A stretch of 63,448 bases of DNA, the filler included, from Octopus bimaculoides (taxonomy: Eukaryota): the NCBI RefSeq assembly GCF_001194135.2. It is 6 parts of 5 records of this genome, joined end to end, with 100 filler letters (N's around TTAATTAATTAA, not from the genome) between each part and the next. Parts side by side here need not be neighbours in the genome. Positions count along the whole stretch, not along the records: positions 5,968 to 36,957 come from NC_068986.1; 5 more parts are not named here. One strand, written 5' to 3'. The position numbers were made by a program, and so were the translations under genes. This document shows positions 10,375 through 20,560 of the stretch, one piece after another. The notes under the pieces are model-generated. The model had not been told where the DNA came from. It saw nothing but the letters and a program-made list of their open reading frames with translations, and did no database searches. The first letter of the stretch is position 1. Every line of letters starts with the position of its first letter.

Positions 10375-11386
10375 ATATTTTATTGTGTCTAGGGAGAGTC
10401 ATTCTCTTTTAGTGCCTTATTACTTAACACACACACTGGTTTGATTTCCTCTCATTTACTTATTTATTTTTTCTAAAATTTTCATTGTCTTGCAATTTCT
10501 TCAATAGTTGTTGACTGTCTGTTATCAGAGCTGCATTCTTTTTGTTTGTTTGTGCATGTGTGTGTGTCAGTTTACATATGTATACATATATGTATGAATG
10601 TATGTGCATATGTGTATGCTTGTATGTTTATGTATGTGTGTATGCATGTATATATATGTATGCATGTATATATATGTATGCATGTGTGTACGTTTGTATG
10701 TATGTATGTATTCTGCATAATCATGTGTTTCAGTCTTCATTTGTGTCTGTGTGTGTGCTTGTCTCTTCGTATTACCTATGTACTTATCTANNNNNNNNNN
10801 NNNNNNNNNNNNNNNNNNNNNNNNNNNNNNNNNNNNNNNNNAAATGTGCAACAAGGTGGAAAAAAGAGTTCTCAAATACCAGAGGTAGAGTAATATGCTT
10901 TATTTAAAAGCAGCAGAAACATAAAAAGCTGTTACTCAGAGTTTCATGTTCCCGTTCATCAGACAGTTTTGTTAGAAATGGGAGAGAAATGATGATGCAA
11001 TAAAAACTAATATAAATTAAAAAACATGGATCTGTTTCATTGGTCATTTCAAATAGCAGTCTTAGGTATGCAATGAACAAAATAAACAAAACAAATGAAT
11101 TCAATATAGATTCACCCTATTTTTAAAAAATCAAAGAAAACCTTAAATTGAAAAAATGGGTTCAGAATACATATTGTAAATAATTATATTTGAATTAATG
11201 CTCGATTAACACATTAAAATTAAAATAAAATTTACGTTGCATTAAAATAAAAAATAAAAATTTTACAACAGTATATACGCATACTAGACTATCTACAACA
11301 TACATATATACATCAAAATACACAGATGCATACGTACAGACAATATATGTATAGAGGCATATATTTGTAAGACATAAATACATGCA
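10375..11386 (-). mobile_element. Non-coding ~1-kb repeat (family G) carrying a hammerhead ribozyme, copy 1
   Basis: 10893-11386 is the reverse complement of 11634-12119, and 10375-10730 of 13437-13755; hammerhead core on the minus strand. Confidence 0.8.
10924..10970 (-). ncRNA. Minimal type I hammerhead ribozyme (core intact)
   Basis: 5'-AAAACUGU CUGAUGA ACG-GGAA-CAU GAAA CUC-U-GAG UA|ACAG CUUUU-3'. Stem I CUGU/ACAG; complete CUGAUGA and GAAA; stem III ACUC/GAGU; GUA cleavage triplet; one mismatch in stem II. Confidence 0.75.
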
Positions 11387-11633
11387 TGAATATGCATGTA
11401 TTTATCTCTCTTTCTTTCTCTATTTCTTTCTTCCCTTCTTTCTTTCTTTCTTTCTTCGCGAAAATCACACTTTCTCCCTTTCTACATAAGTAATGTCCTT
11501 TATACATTACTTTTCTCAACCCTTACTTCCCCCCTCCATAAGTTTCAGATACACTTGCCTGTTCCAACACTGAATAATTTTCGTATGCGAGCATAATTGC
11601 ATGCATATGTGTATATGTATACAGGTGTATTTG

Positions 11634-12113
11634 TGCATGTATTTATGTCTTACAAATATATGCCTATATATGTATATTGTCTGTATGTATGCATCTGTGT
11701 ATTTTGATGTATATATGTATGTTGTATGCCTATATACAGTTGTAAAATTTTTATTTTTTATTTTAATGCAGTGTAAATTTTATTTTAATTTTAATGTGTT
11801 AATTGAGTGTTAATTCGAATATAATTATTTGCAATATGTATTTTGAACCCACTTTTCAATTTAAGGTTTTCTTTGATTTTTTTTTAAACAGGGTGAATCT
11901 ATATTGAATTCATTTGTTTTATTTATTTTGTTCATTGCATACCTAAGACTGTTATTTGAAACGACCAATGGAACAGATTCATGTTTTTTTAATTTATATT
12001 AGTTTTGATTGCATCGTCATTTCTCTCCCATTTCTAACAAAACTGTCCGATGAATGGGAACATGAAACTCTAAGTAACAGCTTTTTGTTATATTTTTGCT
12101 GCATTTAAATAAA

Positions 12114-12119
<6 letters not shown>
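11634..12119 (+). mobile_element. Family G copy 2, hammerhead-bearing half (continues at 13437-13755 beyond the PLE insertion)
   Basis: Inverted duplicate of 10893-11386; ORF-track peptides at 11195-11383(-) and 11601-11813(+) are nearly identical. Confidence 0.85.
12039..12085 (+). ncRNA. Minimal hammerhead ribozyme, variant core (U4C)
   Basis: AAAACUGU CCGAUGA AUG-GGAA-CAU GAAA CUCUAAG UA|ACAG CUUUU; perfect 3-bp stem II with GNRA tetraloop; core has C at position 4. Confidence 0.6.
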
Positions 12120-12164
<45 letters not shown>

Positions 12165-12168
<4 letters not shown>

Positions 12169-13430
12169 TCTACATCTATATAACAGCCTACTAACAACTC
12201 TACCAGTGTATATATGAACTGTGGATATTGGAGTATGACTACCTTCTCTGTATATTTCCTATTTAGTACTGCGGATGTTTCATTTATGAGAATGTACTCC
12301 TGTATTTTCTGAGTGTTGGGTCCTTTGGGTGTTTGGATAAAATGCGGATGTCAAATTGGCCCAGTGTGCCTCCATGTTGGTCTTTGGTATGTTGGTAGAG
12401 TATGGAGGACTGCTTTTGTCGTCATATTGTTTCAAATGTTCATTTAGTCTCTCTGCAATGCTTTTAGATATCTCACCTATGTATATCATGTTCTTGTCTT
12501 TACAAGCACCCTCTATGCACTTTATGTTGTAGACTACATTTCTAGTTCTACAGTTAATTCCAGGGTTAATCTTACATACCATGCGGTTATCATTGGTACA
12601 TATGGTATTCTCAAAGGGGTACGTCCAACATAGTTGTGATCTGATGGAGCTCCCTAGCTTTTCAATGATCTTAATGTTGAGTTTGGCCTCCTTCACAGGT
12701 TTCCTAAATCTTTGGGCTAGTTCTCCATGGGCTGTGGCCTCTACAGACATCACTCTTTGATATTTGTTGGTCTTGTACCATGTGTTCACCCTCTTTGCTT
12801 CATCACAAACTCTTTGTATCCTATTCCAGTCTTTACTTCTATATCTAGAAAGTAAAGTACCACTGGTTTCATTACATACAATGCTATCTAATTTCTTTCT
12901 AGCTCCCCTGTATACCTGAACCCTATCTTTCTGGTCATATCCAGAGAATTGCATGCAGTGCATGAAGTTCTGTTTCTTTGTTTCATAGGATTCGGATAGT
13001 GGGAAATGTTGTTCATTATCCTAACTGAGTCTGTTATCAATATGTTGATTTTTATGTTGTGTGACAAAGCTGAGTTCTTGTGAACAACATATTTAGAAGC
13101 TATGGGTTTCATGTAATAGGAGTGGAGGAGCTGTACTCTGCTGTTTACAGTCTCTAACCAAAGTTCAGTATCAAGGACAGGAAGTCTATTATTAGGGTGC
13201 CTAATCTACAGTTACCTTGATACTTTGGTGGATGGAGTTAGCTATGTGCTGGATGCTCTCCATTATGCTCATCTCAGTTTCTACATTACAATTACTAGAG
13301 TTCATCCCAACTAGAATATTAATGTCATCTACATATCAACAGTAAAGCAAAACAGTTGTGGATTGTTCCGCTAAGGATTGTTAAGTTTTCTGTTCCACCA
13401 TGTCATAAAGAGGCTCCCCACCCCACATGA
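12165..13430 (-). mobile_element. 5'-truncated Penelope-like element (Neptune-like): RT catalytic/thumb region, Cys-rich linker, GIY-YIG endonuclease; disrupted
   Basis: LFMTWWNRKL...LLYC*YVDDINI (RT YVDD motif); KPIASKYVVHKNSALSHNIKINIL; MQFSGY; VEATAHGELAQRFRK; C-x-C...CRTRNVVYNIKC...C...IYIGEISKSIAERLNEH (GIY-YIG). Confidence 0.9.
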
Positions 13431-13436
13431 ACACAC

Positions 13437-13755
13437 AAACACATGAATATGCAGAATACATGCATACGTACACGCATGTATACATATATGCATACACACA
13501 CATGCATATGTGCATGTACATACATACATACTTACATATGTGTATACACATGTACACTGTTGCACACATAAATAAACAAACAAGCAAACAAACAAAAAGA
13601 ATGCAGCTCTGAGACAGAGTCAACAACTATTGAAGCAAGACACAACAAAAATTTTAGAAAAAATAAATAAGTAAATGAGTGGAAATTGAACCAGTGAGTG
13701 TGTTAAGTTAGAAGGTACTAAAAGAGAATAACTCTCCCTAGACACAATAAAATAT
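13437..13755 (+). mobile_element. Family G copy 2, distal half
   Basis: Reverse complement of 10375-10730 (atattttattgtgtctagggagag...tcagagctgcattct...attctgcat). Confidence 0.8.
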
Positions 13756-13972
13756 GCTTCAACACACGAATTTAGATAAAGAATCTTGCAAACCAAATAC
13801 AAAAACGAAACTAGAAATATAATTTCTCTCAATTTGATTATGCTTTGTAGTGTTTAGTAGGAATGGTTAGGGTTAGGGTGTAGTGTTGGTTGTGGTGGTG
13901 GTGGTAATAGTATCCATGGAAAATAAACTAATGAATAAATGAATGTGTTTATTTCCATGACTTGACACATGT

Positions 13973-14126
13973 AAGGCATAGCTGTGTGGTTGAAAAGTTC
14001 ACTTCACAACTATGTGATTTTGAGTTCAGTCCCACTGCATGATACCTTGGGCAGCTGTCTTCTACTACAGCCCTGAGCTGACCAGTGCTTTGGGAATGAA
14101 TTTGGTTGTTGGAAAATGTGAAGCCT
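13973..14126 (+). mobile_element. Diverged SINE family A head
   Basis: gctgtgtggttgaaaag...gagttcagtcccactgc...gtcttctactacagccc. Confidence 0.7.
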
Positions 14127-14334
14127 AGTCTTGAAGGATTTTAGTTTATCATTATGATCCAAGTATTTTAAGATTTGCTTTTATCGTAGAGGTCTCTATT
14201 TGATGTACTTTTAAGTTTTGGAATATGAATACAGACATTGTTTTTTAAGTGATAATATAAACACAGACATAGACTGACACGAGCATACACATTACAAACA
14301 CACATACACACACACACATTTATACATTTGTGGC

Positions 14335-14487
14335 AGATTTCCATACAATTTCTGTCTCCCAATTTCACCCACAAAGTATCAGTCTACCTGAGGCTAGAGT
14401 AGAAGACACTTGCTTAAGATGCTATGTTGTAGTACCACATATGAGACCACATAATTGTGAAGCAAACTTAATTACATAGCCATGTCA
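14335..14487 (-). mobile_element. Diverged SINE family A head
   Basis: gaggctagagtagaagacacttgc...acatagcc is the reverse complement of the family A head. Confidence 0.6.
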
Positions 14488-14694
14488 ACAACTATCAAGA
14501 ACTTCCTTGTTGACTGATTTTTGCTGATGTAGACCATTGTTTTCTTCAGTTTTCTGATTTTTATTCTATGATTGATGATTATCTCTGAGAAATGTGGTAA
14601 GCATCCTTAGCAAGGGGAATAAGTTACTTGTAAGCCCCTACAGTTGACAACTTTTATGATAAGCAATACAAAGGAATTTTTTTGCTTGCACTGA

Positions 14695-14915
14695 AAATTA
14701 TTAGTCAAATGTCCTTCAAATCAAATTCATATCTTACTGTCTTAAAGAAAGAAGAACACACTGGATAATGTAGTCCTATATGTATTAGCTTGGAGAAAGA
14801 TAGGATGCTCTTGATTGGAAAGCTTTTGATCATAGGTTTGATTAATCAGGGTTAATCTGAGGCTAAACAACAACAATGGCAATAATGATGACAACAACAA
14901 CAACAACAACAACAT
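14695..14915 (+). mobile_element. Family E copy with (AAC)n tail
   Basis: ccttcaaatcaaattcatatcttactgtc...acactggataatgtagtcc...gatcatagg...ggctaaacaacaac. Confidence 0.7.
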
Positions 14916-15189
14916 ACAATGACTTCCTAACTTGGCATGAGGTCACACATTTCCAGGTGTGAGTCATGTATTGAGTGAATTGATGATTCTCTCCAAGTAT
15001 ATGACTTATTTATTTTATTGAGACAAGATGAAAGGGAAAAGTGAAGCCCTTCAGAATTTGAAACTAAAATGTAGAAAGTCATAACAAAATAACACCTTAA
15101 TACTTTCATCAATGTATTTCTAATTAGTTTCAATTGATTTTCAACATAATCAAGCATTTTGGAGAGGGTTTAATAAAATATCTGTGCAT

Positions 15190-15390
15190 ATATTGGGCTC
15201 CAGGTCTGCTCTGATTAAACATAAGTATAATCAGAGGCATTTCAGCTGAAAACCTTCAGTCTTTCTATAGATATCTATACAACTATATTATCTAGTAAGT
15301 GCTTCCCCAATTTTCTAAGGTGGCAGGATGTCATTTGAGGGCAATTTAGTTCCTAGCAGGAGTGACCTCATAGATGCTTCCTTATTGGTT
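15190..15390 (-). mobile_element. Family E copy
   Basis: gtcatttgagggcaatttagttcctagc is the reverse complement of the core. Confidence 0.55.
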
Positions 15391-15617
15391 CATTATATAT
15401 TGGTAAATTGTCTTGGTGTTTCGTTCAGAGGAAAGATAATGATGAATTTGATACAGAGAATCAATTGATCTAAAATAACCAACCCAAGTAAGAAAAATAA
15501 ATACTGATTATAAATTAATATTATAATGAGATTTTACATGAGATTTAAATTTGAATAGGAATATTTCAATATGGGCAGTGTTAGATAGTATGAAGGCATT
15601 TATTCTCATACTTTTTG

Positions 15618-15710
15618 ATATGAGGGTTGACTGAAAAGTTCATAGGCTGACCGAGATGCTCTCATGGAATATGATTAAATGAGGCTTACTTTCAAAATAG
15701 TCCCTTTTAT
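15618..15710 (+). mobile_element. Mariner-type 5' terminal fragment
   Basis: Begins TATGAGGGTTGACTGAAAAGTTCATAGGCT, resembling mariner TIR starts. Confidence 0.45.
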
Positions 15711-15721
15711 ATCCTTCTATA

Positions 15722-16500
15722 TGTTGAATATACAGATTTCATGAAGTGGGGATAGACACAACTGTTTTCACACAATGTACTTCAAATTACTCCACCAAAC
15801 ACGATACTTCAATAAATACAAACTCTCAACGACTTCCTACAACTTCCATGAACTCTCAATGACTCCTACAACCTATCTCATCTCAACTAATTGTTATAAG
15901 AGTTTGGCTAGTCCACTCTTCCAATCTCACATGGGTGTCAATGACTCTCGCCACAACATCTCCCCCTTTAAGATTTAACTTCCTAGGGAAGTTTAATATT
16001 TCTTCCATTTAGGCACTACTTCCAACCATTCTGTTTGTTTCCTCTTTCTTGTGCTGCTACACCTAGGTTCAACTTCTTGTGGTGTTGGAACATCAAAGGT
16101 ATCATAGAGTACTTCCATGGGTATCTCTTTTCTTTCTTCCGTATATCTATTTTTTAGCTGGTTTAAATGTCTTTTGTGTTCCCATTTTTTGCCTCTTATC
16201 ATACACATCGTTTTGCCTTTTCATTTTGTTACTATTCTATCTTCCCAACCTTCCCTTCCATTTTTATATATTTTGAAAAACACCTTGTAACTGATATTAA
16301 AATACTTTGTCGTATTTGTAGTGTTTTCCCTATTTGTTTTCTTCCTGGTAACGACTTGTCAAAAATTGACTTTATTTCTCCACAGGCGACTTGCCTGAAC
16401 AAGTGTTTGGGTTTGGTGTTATCCTATAAACCCTCAAGAATTGTGTCAATGCTGCATCATGATTTGTTTAATACTCTTTTAAATATATCCATGAACCATT
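15722..16500 (-). mobile_element. Ty3/gypsy LTR retrotransposon 3' remnant: integrase C-terminus + PPT + 3' LTR (15722-15958)
   Basis: DAALTQFLRVYRITPNPNTCSGKSPVE...IKSIFDKSLP...HKRHLNQLKNRY...PMEVLYDTFDVPTP...RKRK..LEVVPKWKKY*; PPT aaagggggaga directly before an LTR bounded TGTTG...CAACA. Confidence 0.8.
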
Positions 16501-16553
16501 TTGCTTGTCTGTTTGATGTATAAATGTGTGTGTGCTTGTAATGTGAATAGACA

Positions 16554-17641
16554 TGTGGAAGGGATCTCTGAGGGAGAATAGTTTCTGGACAGAGGTTAGG
16601 GTAGGGTACATGTGTAGATACAACTAACGAATTCTGCTGAAGCAAAGCTGGATACTCATTTCTGATTTCATCTGAAAGAAAGAGCATCCTTATTCTTGCC
16701 TTTCATTCTACTATTTCGGCTTGCTGTTTATCTGTCATTAGAATATATTTCTTTTTTTATCTCTTGCCTTTCTACCACTGATGCTCATGATGGCAATAAG
16801 GGTAAGGATCAGTAATGACATTTTGAGACCATTTTCTGAGGAAGATGATGTGGCAGTCTGGATAAAAAAAATAGTAAAGCTTGTGACAAAGTTGCCACTT
16901 TACTTTGAGGTAAGTGCACTGAATTTGTATCTAGAAATGGATGAAGTGGATCAGTTGAAAGTGGAGAAGATCAAAAAGTAACTGAAGGATGTGTATATGG
17001 AAGGAGTATTCAAAGCAAGCTTGAGAGAGTGGGATGGACAGGTGAGTGAGTTGACTATGTGAGCAAGTTGATGACAGAGGTGATGAATACAATATTCCTG
17101 GAAAGAGGGCCAGTAGATGAACTATTGATGGACAGTAGCACAGCATTTCATTCAGAACAGTTGAAGGAGATGCTTGAAAGATGAAACATCAGATGTTTCT
17201 TCAGAGTTGGAAATAGGATAATGAAATGACACCATTGCACAATCAAAGCCATGACTGAGAGGAGGTGAATCTCCCCCTTCGAGGCAGCATTTTGGTACAC
17301 TAGATCATCCAGGTGGATGGATGATTATGAAATAGCATAGAGGGGCAGTGATCTTTGGATCAGGTGGGATGTATGGAAGAGTGAAGGGAGACATTGGGAC
17401 CAGAAGTGACGAGAAGTGATGTCATGTCAGGAAGTGGGGGCATTCTTTGTCAGGACATTGAGGGGAACAGATGTAGGGAAGGGGTCTCTGAGGGAGAGTA
17501 GTTTCTGGCCAGAAGTTGGGGTAGTGTACATGTGTAGGTATGGCCAACAAATTCTGCTAATCCTTAAGAAGCAAAGCTGGATACTCTGTTCTGATTTTGT
17601 CTTGAAGTAAAGGTATCCTTATTTTTGCCTTTCCTTCTACA
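16554..17641 (+). mobile_element. Internally deleted Ty3/gypsy element with both LTRs (16554-16712 and 17472-17641)
   Basis: Direct repeats tgt..gaaggg.tctctgagggaga.tagtttctgg...gaagcaaagctggatactc...ttgcctttc.ttctac; gag N-terminus LRPFSEEDDVAVWIKK..PLYFEVSALNLYLEM; integrase core ERGPVDELLMDSSTAFHSEQLKEMLER*...HHCTIKAM; tail RSSRWMDDYE; PPT gaggggaacaga. Confidence 0.85.
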
Positions 17642-18691
17642 ATATGTCTGCTGGATCAGGGCTAACTTGGGGTTAAACGAAAACAGTAACAACAACAATA
17701 AAAGAAGATGATAAAGTAAATGAAAGCTCACTTTTCCAATGCTTTATTTCTCACATTTCTTTGACCTTATGATAGAACCAGTAAAATGTTGGTTAATAAA
17801 TTTTACTAGTCATAAAACTAATTATTTTTCAAATCATAAGAATCCATTGTACTGGTGCTTATCTCTGGTTCTTAAATACTTAAGTAATGAAGAGGCAAAT
17901 CTTCTCCTAGATATGATGTTGTCTTATCACAGGAAGAATTGTGAGAGGAATTGAGCCCAGAACTATAAGCTATCAAATCATTCTTCCACTGCTTGCTGCA
18001 ATGAGTTGTACCACATCAGGATTTTACTAACTTTTATCAACTTTACCATTTGAAGTCTAAATTGTGAAGTAAACTACATACTAATTAATGAAGAGCTAAT
18101 GTAATTGTAATGAGCAGTGTAGCCAAGATTTGAACACCAGCTAATAATGAACCAAGATTGAAAAGTGGTATCTCAAACTGCCTGAAAATTTTCCTTGGAT
18201 AAGTTGTCTTGGTTCCTAGTCAATCCTGAAAAATTTCAGCTCCTAACTACATATGGTTCTGATTTTATGGGTATTCAAAGTAGGAAGCTGAGCTGAATTT
18301 GAGGATTATAAACAAATAATAGTGAAAAGACTATAGATGTCCCAATTATTTTCAAAGTGATCTTAAAAATGAAAAGTCAATTTCAAAATATTGCATCCTG
18401 CAACAGCCATTACAACAGTTTCAAGTAATATTTTGAAAGAAGACACAAATGTTTATTATACTGCAAAATTGAAAATATTTAGATCTGGAATTATTAATTA
18501 TTGAAAAATGGCTTTAGACTCAAATCAACCATGTTTGATTCTCAGAAATCTAATGTGGAATGATTTTTTTCAAAGTTTTCTTGAAAAAATATCAACAGAA
18601 CATGGATTTTCAGATAAAAAGGATTTCAACTCTTAACATAAAGTTATTTGCCTCTAAAATAAGCTATTAACTAATCAATCCTACAAACCAA

Positions 18692-19066
18692 GTTGTTGGC
18701 ACTCCGTCGCTTATGACGTCAAGGGTTCCAGTTGATCCGATCAACGGAACAGCTTGCTTGTGAAATTAACGTGCAAGTGGCTGAGCACTCCACAGACACG
18801 TGTACCCTTCTCGGGGATATTTAGCATGACACAGTGTGATAAGGCTTACCCTTTGAATTACAGGTACAACAGAAACAGGAAGTAAGAGTGAGAGAAAGTT
18901 GTGGTGAAAAAGTACAGCAGGGTTCACCACCATCCCCTGCCGGAGCCTCGTGGAGCTTTAGGAGTTTTCATTCAATAAACACTCACAATGCCTGGTCTGG
19001 GAATCGAAACCGCGATCGTATGACTGCGAGTCCGCTGCCCTAACCACCGGGCCATTGCGCTTCCAC
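18692..19066 (-). mobile_element. tRNA(Arg)-like SINE, family D, full length
   Basis: Minus-strand head gtggaagcgcaatggcccggtggttagggcagcggactcgcagtc..ggtttcgattccc (A and B boxes, TCG in the anticodon position); second copy at 48106-48488. Confidence 0.85.
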
Positions 19067-19259
19067 ACAAACCAAGTACACAATATCTATAGGTATAAAT
19101 GAGGGAAAATTCAATGTTAGATCCTTTGGAAGTGGTGTATTTCTTTGAAAACAATAGCAAAATGTAAACTCTTTTCTGGAAGAAACTAGCTGCAATAAAT
19201 TCTATAATTCAAAGAGTTTCATACAGTTGACTCATAGAAAAGCTGGATTGAGGCACTCA

Positions 19260-20560
19260 CAAAAGCAGTGTTCATTGTAAAGCAGCCTGTCTGTTTGAGA
19301 TATGATATCAGTCAGCTCATCAAAATGTCAAACTCATGGTTGTAGCTGTCAGTAAAGAAGTGCATTACAGAAAACTGATGTCAATGTTGGTTTGTGATTT
19401 GTCAAAGGGTGCATGTTGAACCACTGTTAACTATCCTATCAGTGAAACATTGAGAAATCACTTAGGGAGTCTTCTTACAGAGCAATATGAGGCAGATGAT
19501 GATATCAGCATCAGTCAGTGGGAGCAACTGATTTTGCTAAACTCACAGTGTGAGTGAGCTCACATTTCAGCATTTTCTAGATGAATTGGTTTCTAGATTA
19601 CAGATGCTGACTTCTCACTATTTCATCACAAATTATCAAAGCAACATTTTAATGATGCAAAAGAACAGTTTGTTGAAAGTACTTGCCTAATAGTTTTAGA
19701 CTTCACTGAAAGCTATTCTTTCATCATTCAAGATGCTGTGCTGTGCAAGTGTTCCACTCTCAAGCAACATTACACCTAATGGTTTTATATGTTAATGATT
19801 ATAGCATCAATCAATTGTTTACATCAGTGATCACATGACACTTTCAGTTCATTGTTTTCAAAAAGTGACCAACAATTTCTTGAAACAGCTATGTCTCATT
19901 ATCACTAAATTGATTTACTTTAGCAATGGGTGTACTGGACAAAAACAGCAAAAACTTTGCAAATTTTTTTCATCACCAAGATGACTTTGTATTAACTAGC
20001 ATTTAGAATTTTTTTCCACTTCCCATGGAGGTACTACCAAATGAAAAACAGCACTTGCAAGTTTGCAATGTCCAGTTTCCAACCAGATCTTAACACCTGT
20101 GCAGCTATTCAGATATTGTGAGGAAAACATTCCAAGCTTCAAATATTTTGTTTCTTCTGATGAAGTTACCTCACAGTAACGTTTTCTTGAACGAAAAAAA
20201 GTTTACTTCTGCTAAAATAATTCCTGGCACTTGTGATAACTGTTGTTTCATTTCAACATCTAAAACCGCAGTACAAATTTCAAGCATTTTCACATTTGCT
20301 GACATGTTTGCATTTGAATTTTCACAAGATGTATTGACATTAATTGCAACTGCATGCGAATAGGCATATCACAGTAGTTATTGTAAAACAGTGTTAAAGA
20401 TATTTCAACCAAAGATATTCAAGTGAAAAGCATGAGTCCTGCAGGTCCATACAATTGTTCAAATGGCCTAAGCATGATGATTGTTGTTGGACTTTGTCCA
20501 ATCAAATTCTTAGCCACTACAACAGATCAGAATTATATAATGGGAGAGGAAAACATTTTT
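19260..20560 (+). mobile_element. Degenerate DDE DNA transposase, Sola2-like (tentative superfamily call)
   Basis: Frameshifted motifs HQNVKLMV..CMLNHC; LIVLDFTESYSFIIQDAV/Q.FHSQATLH; ISDH; YFSNGCTGQ; HHQDDF..*NFFSTSHG; AKIIPGT; MSPAGP..KWP..DCCW. Confidence 0.7.

Noticed and set aside
9944-10866. Apparent tandem duplication (9944-10031 = 10332-10419; 10042-10230 repeated at ~10625-10790; 10297-10321 = 10842-10866)
   Set aside because: Essentially identical blocks bounded by 10-11-N micro-gaps; most likely uncollapsed assembly overlap
18990-19066. tRNA-like sequences at SINE heads (also 48410-48488 and family A/B heads)
   Set aside because: A/B boxes are present but there is no complete acceptor stem, and they are fused to multi-copy SINE bodies; not tRNA genes
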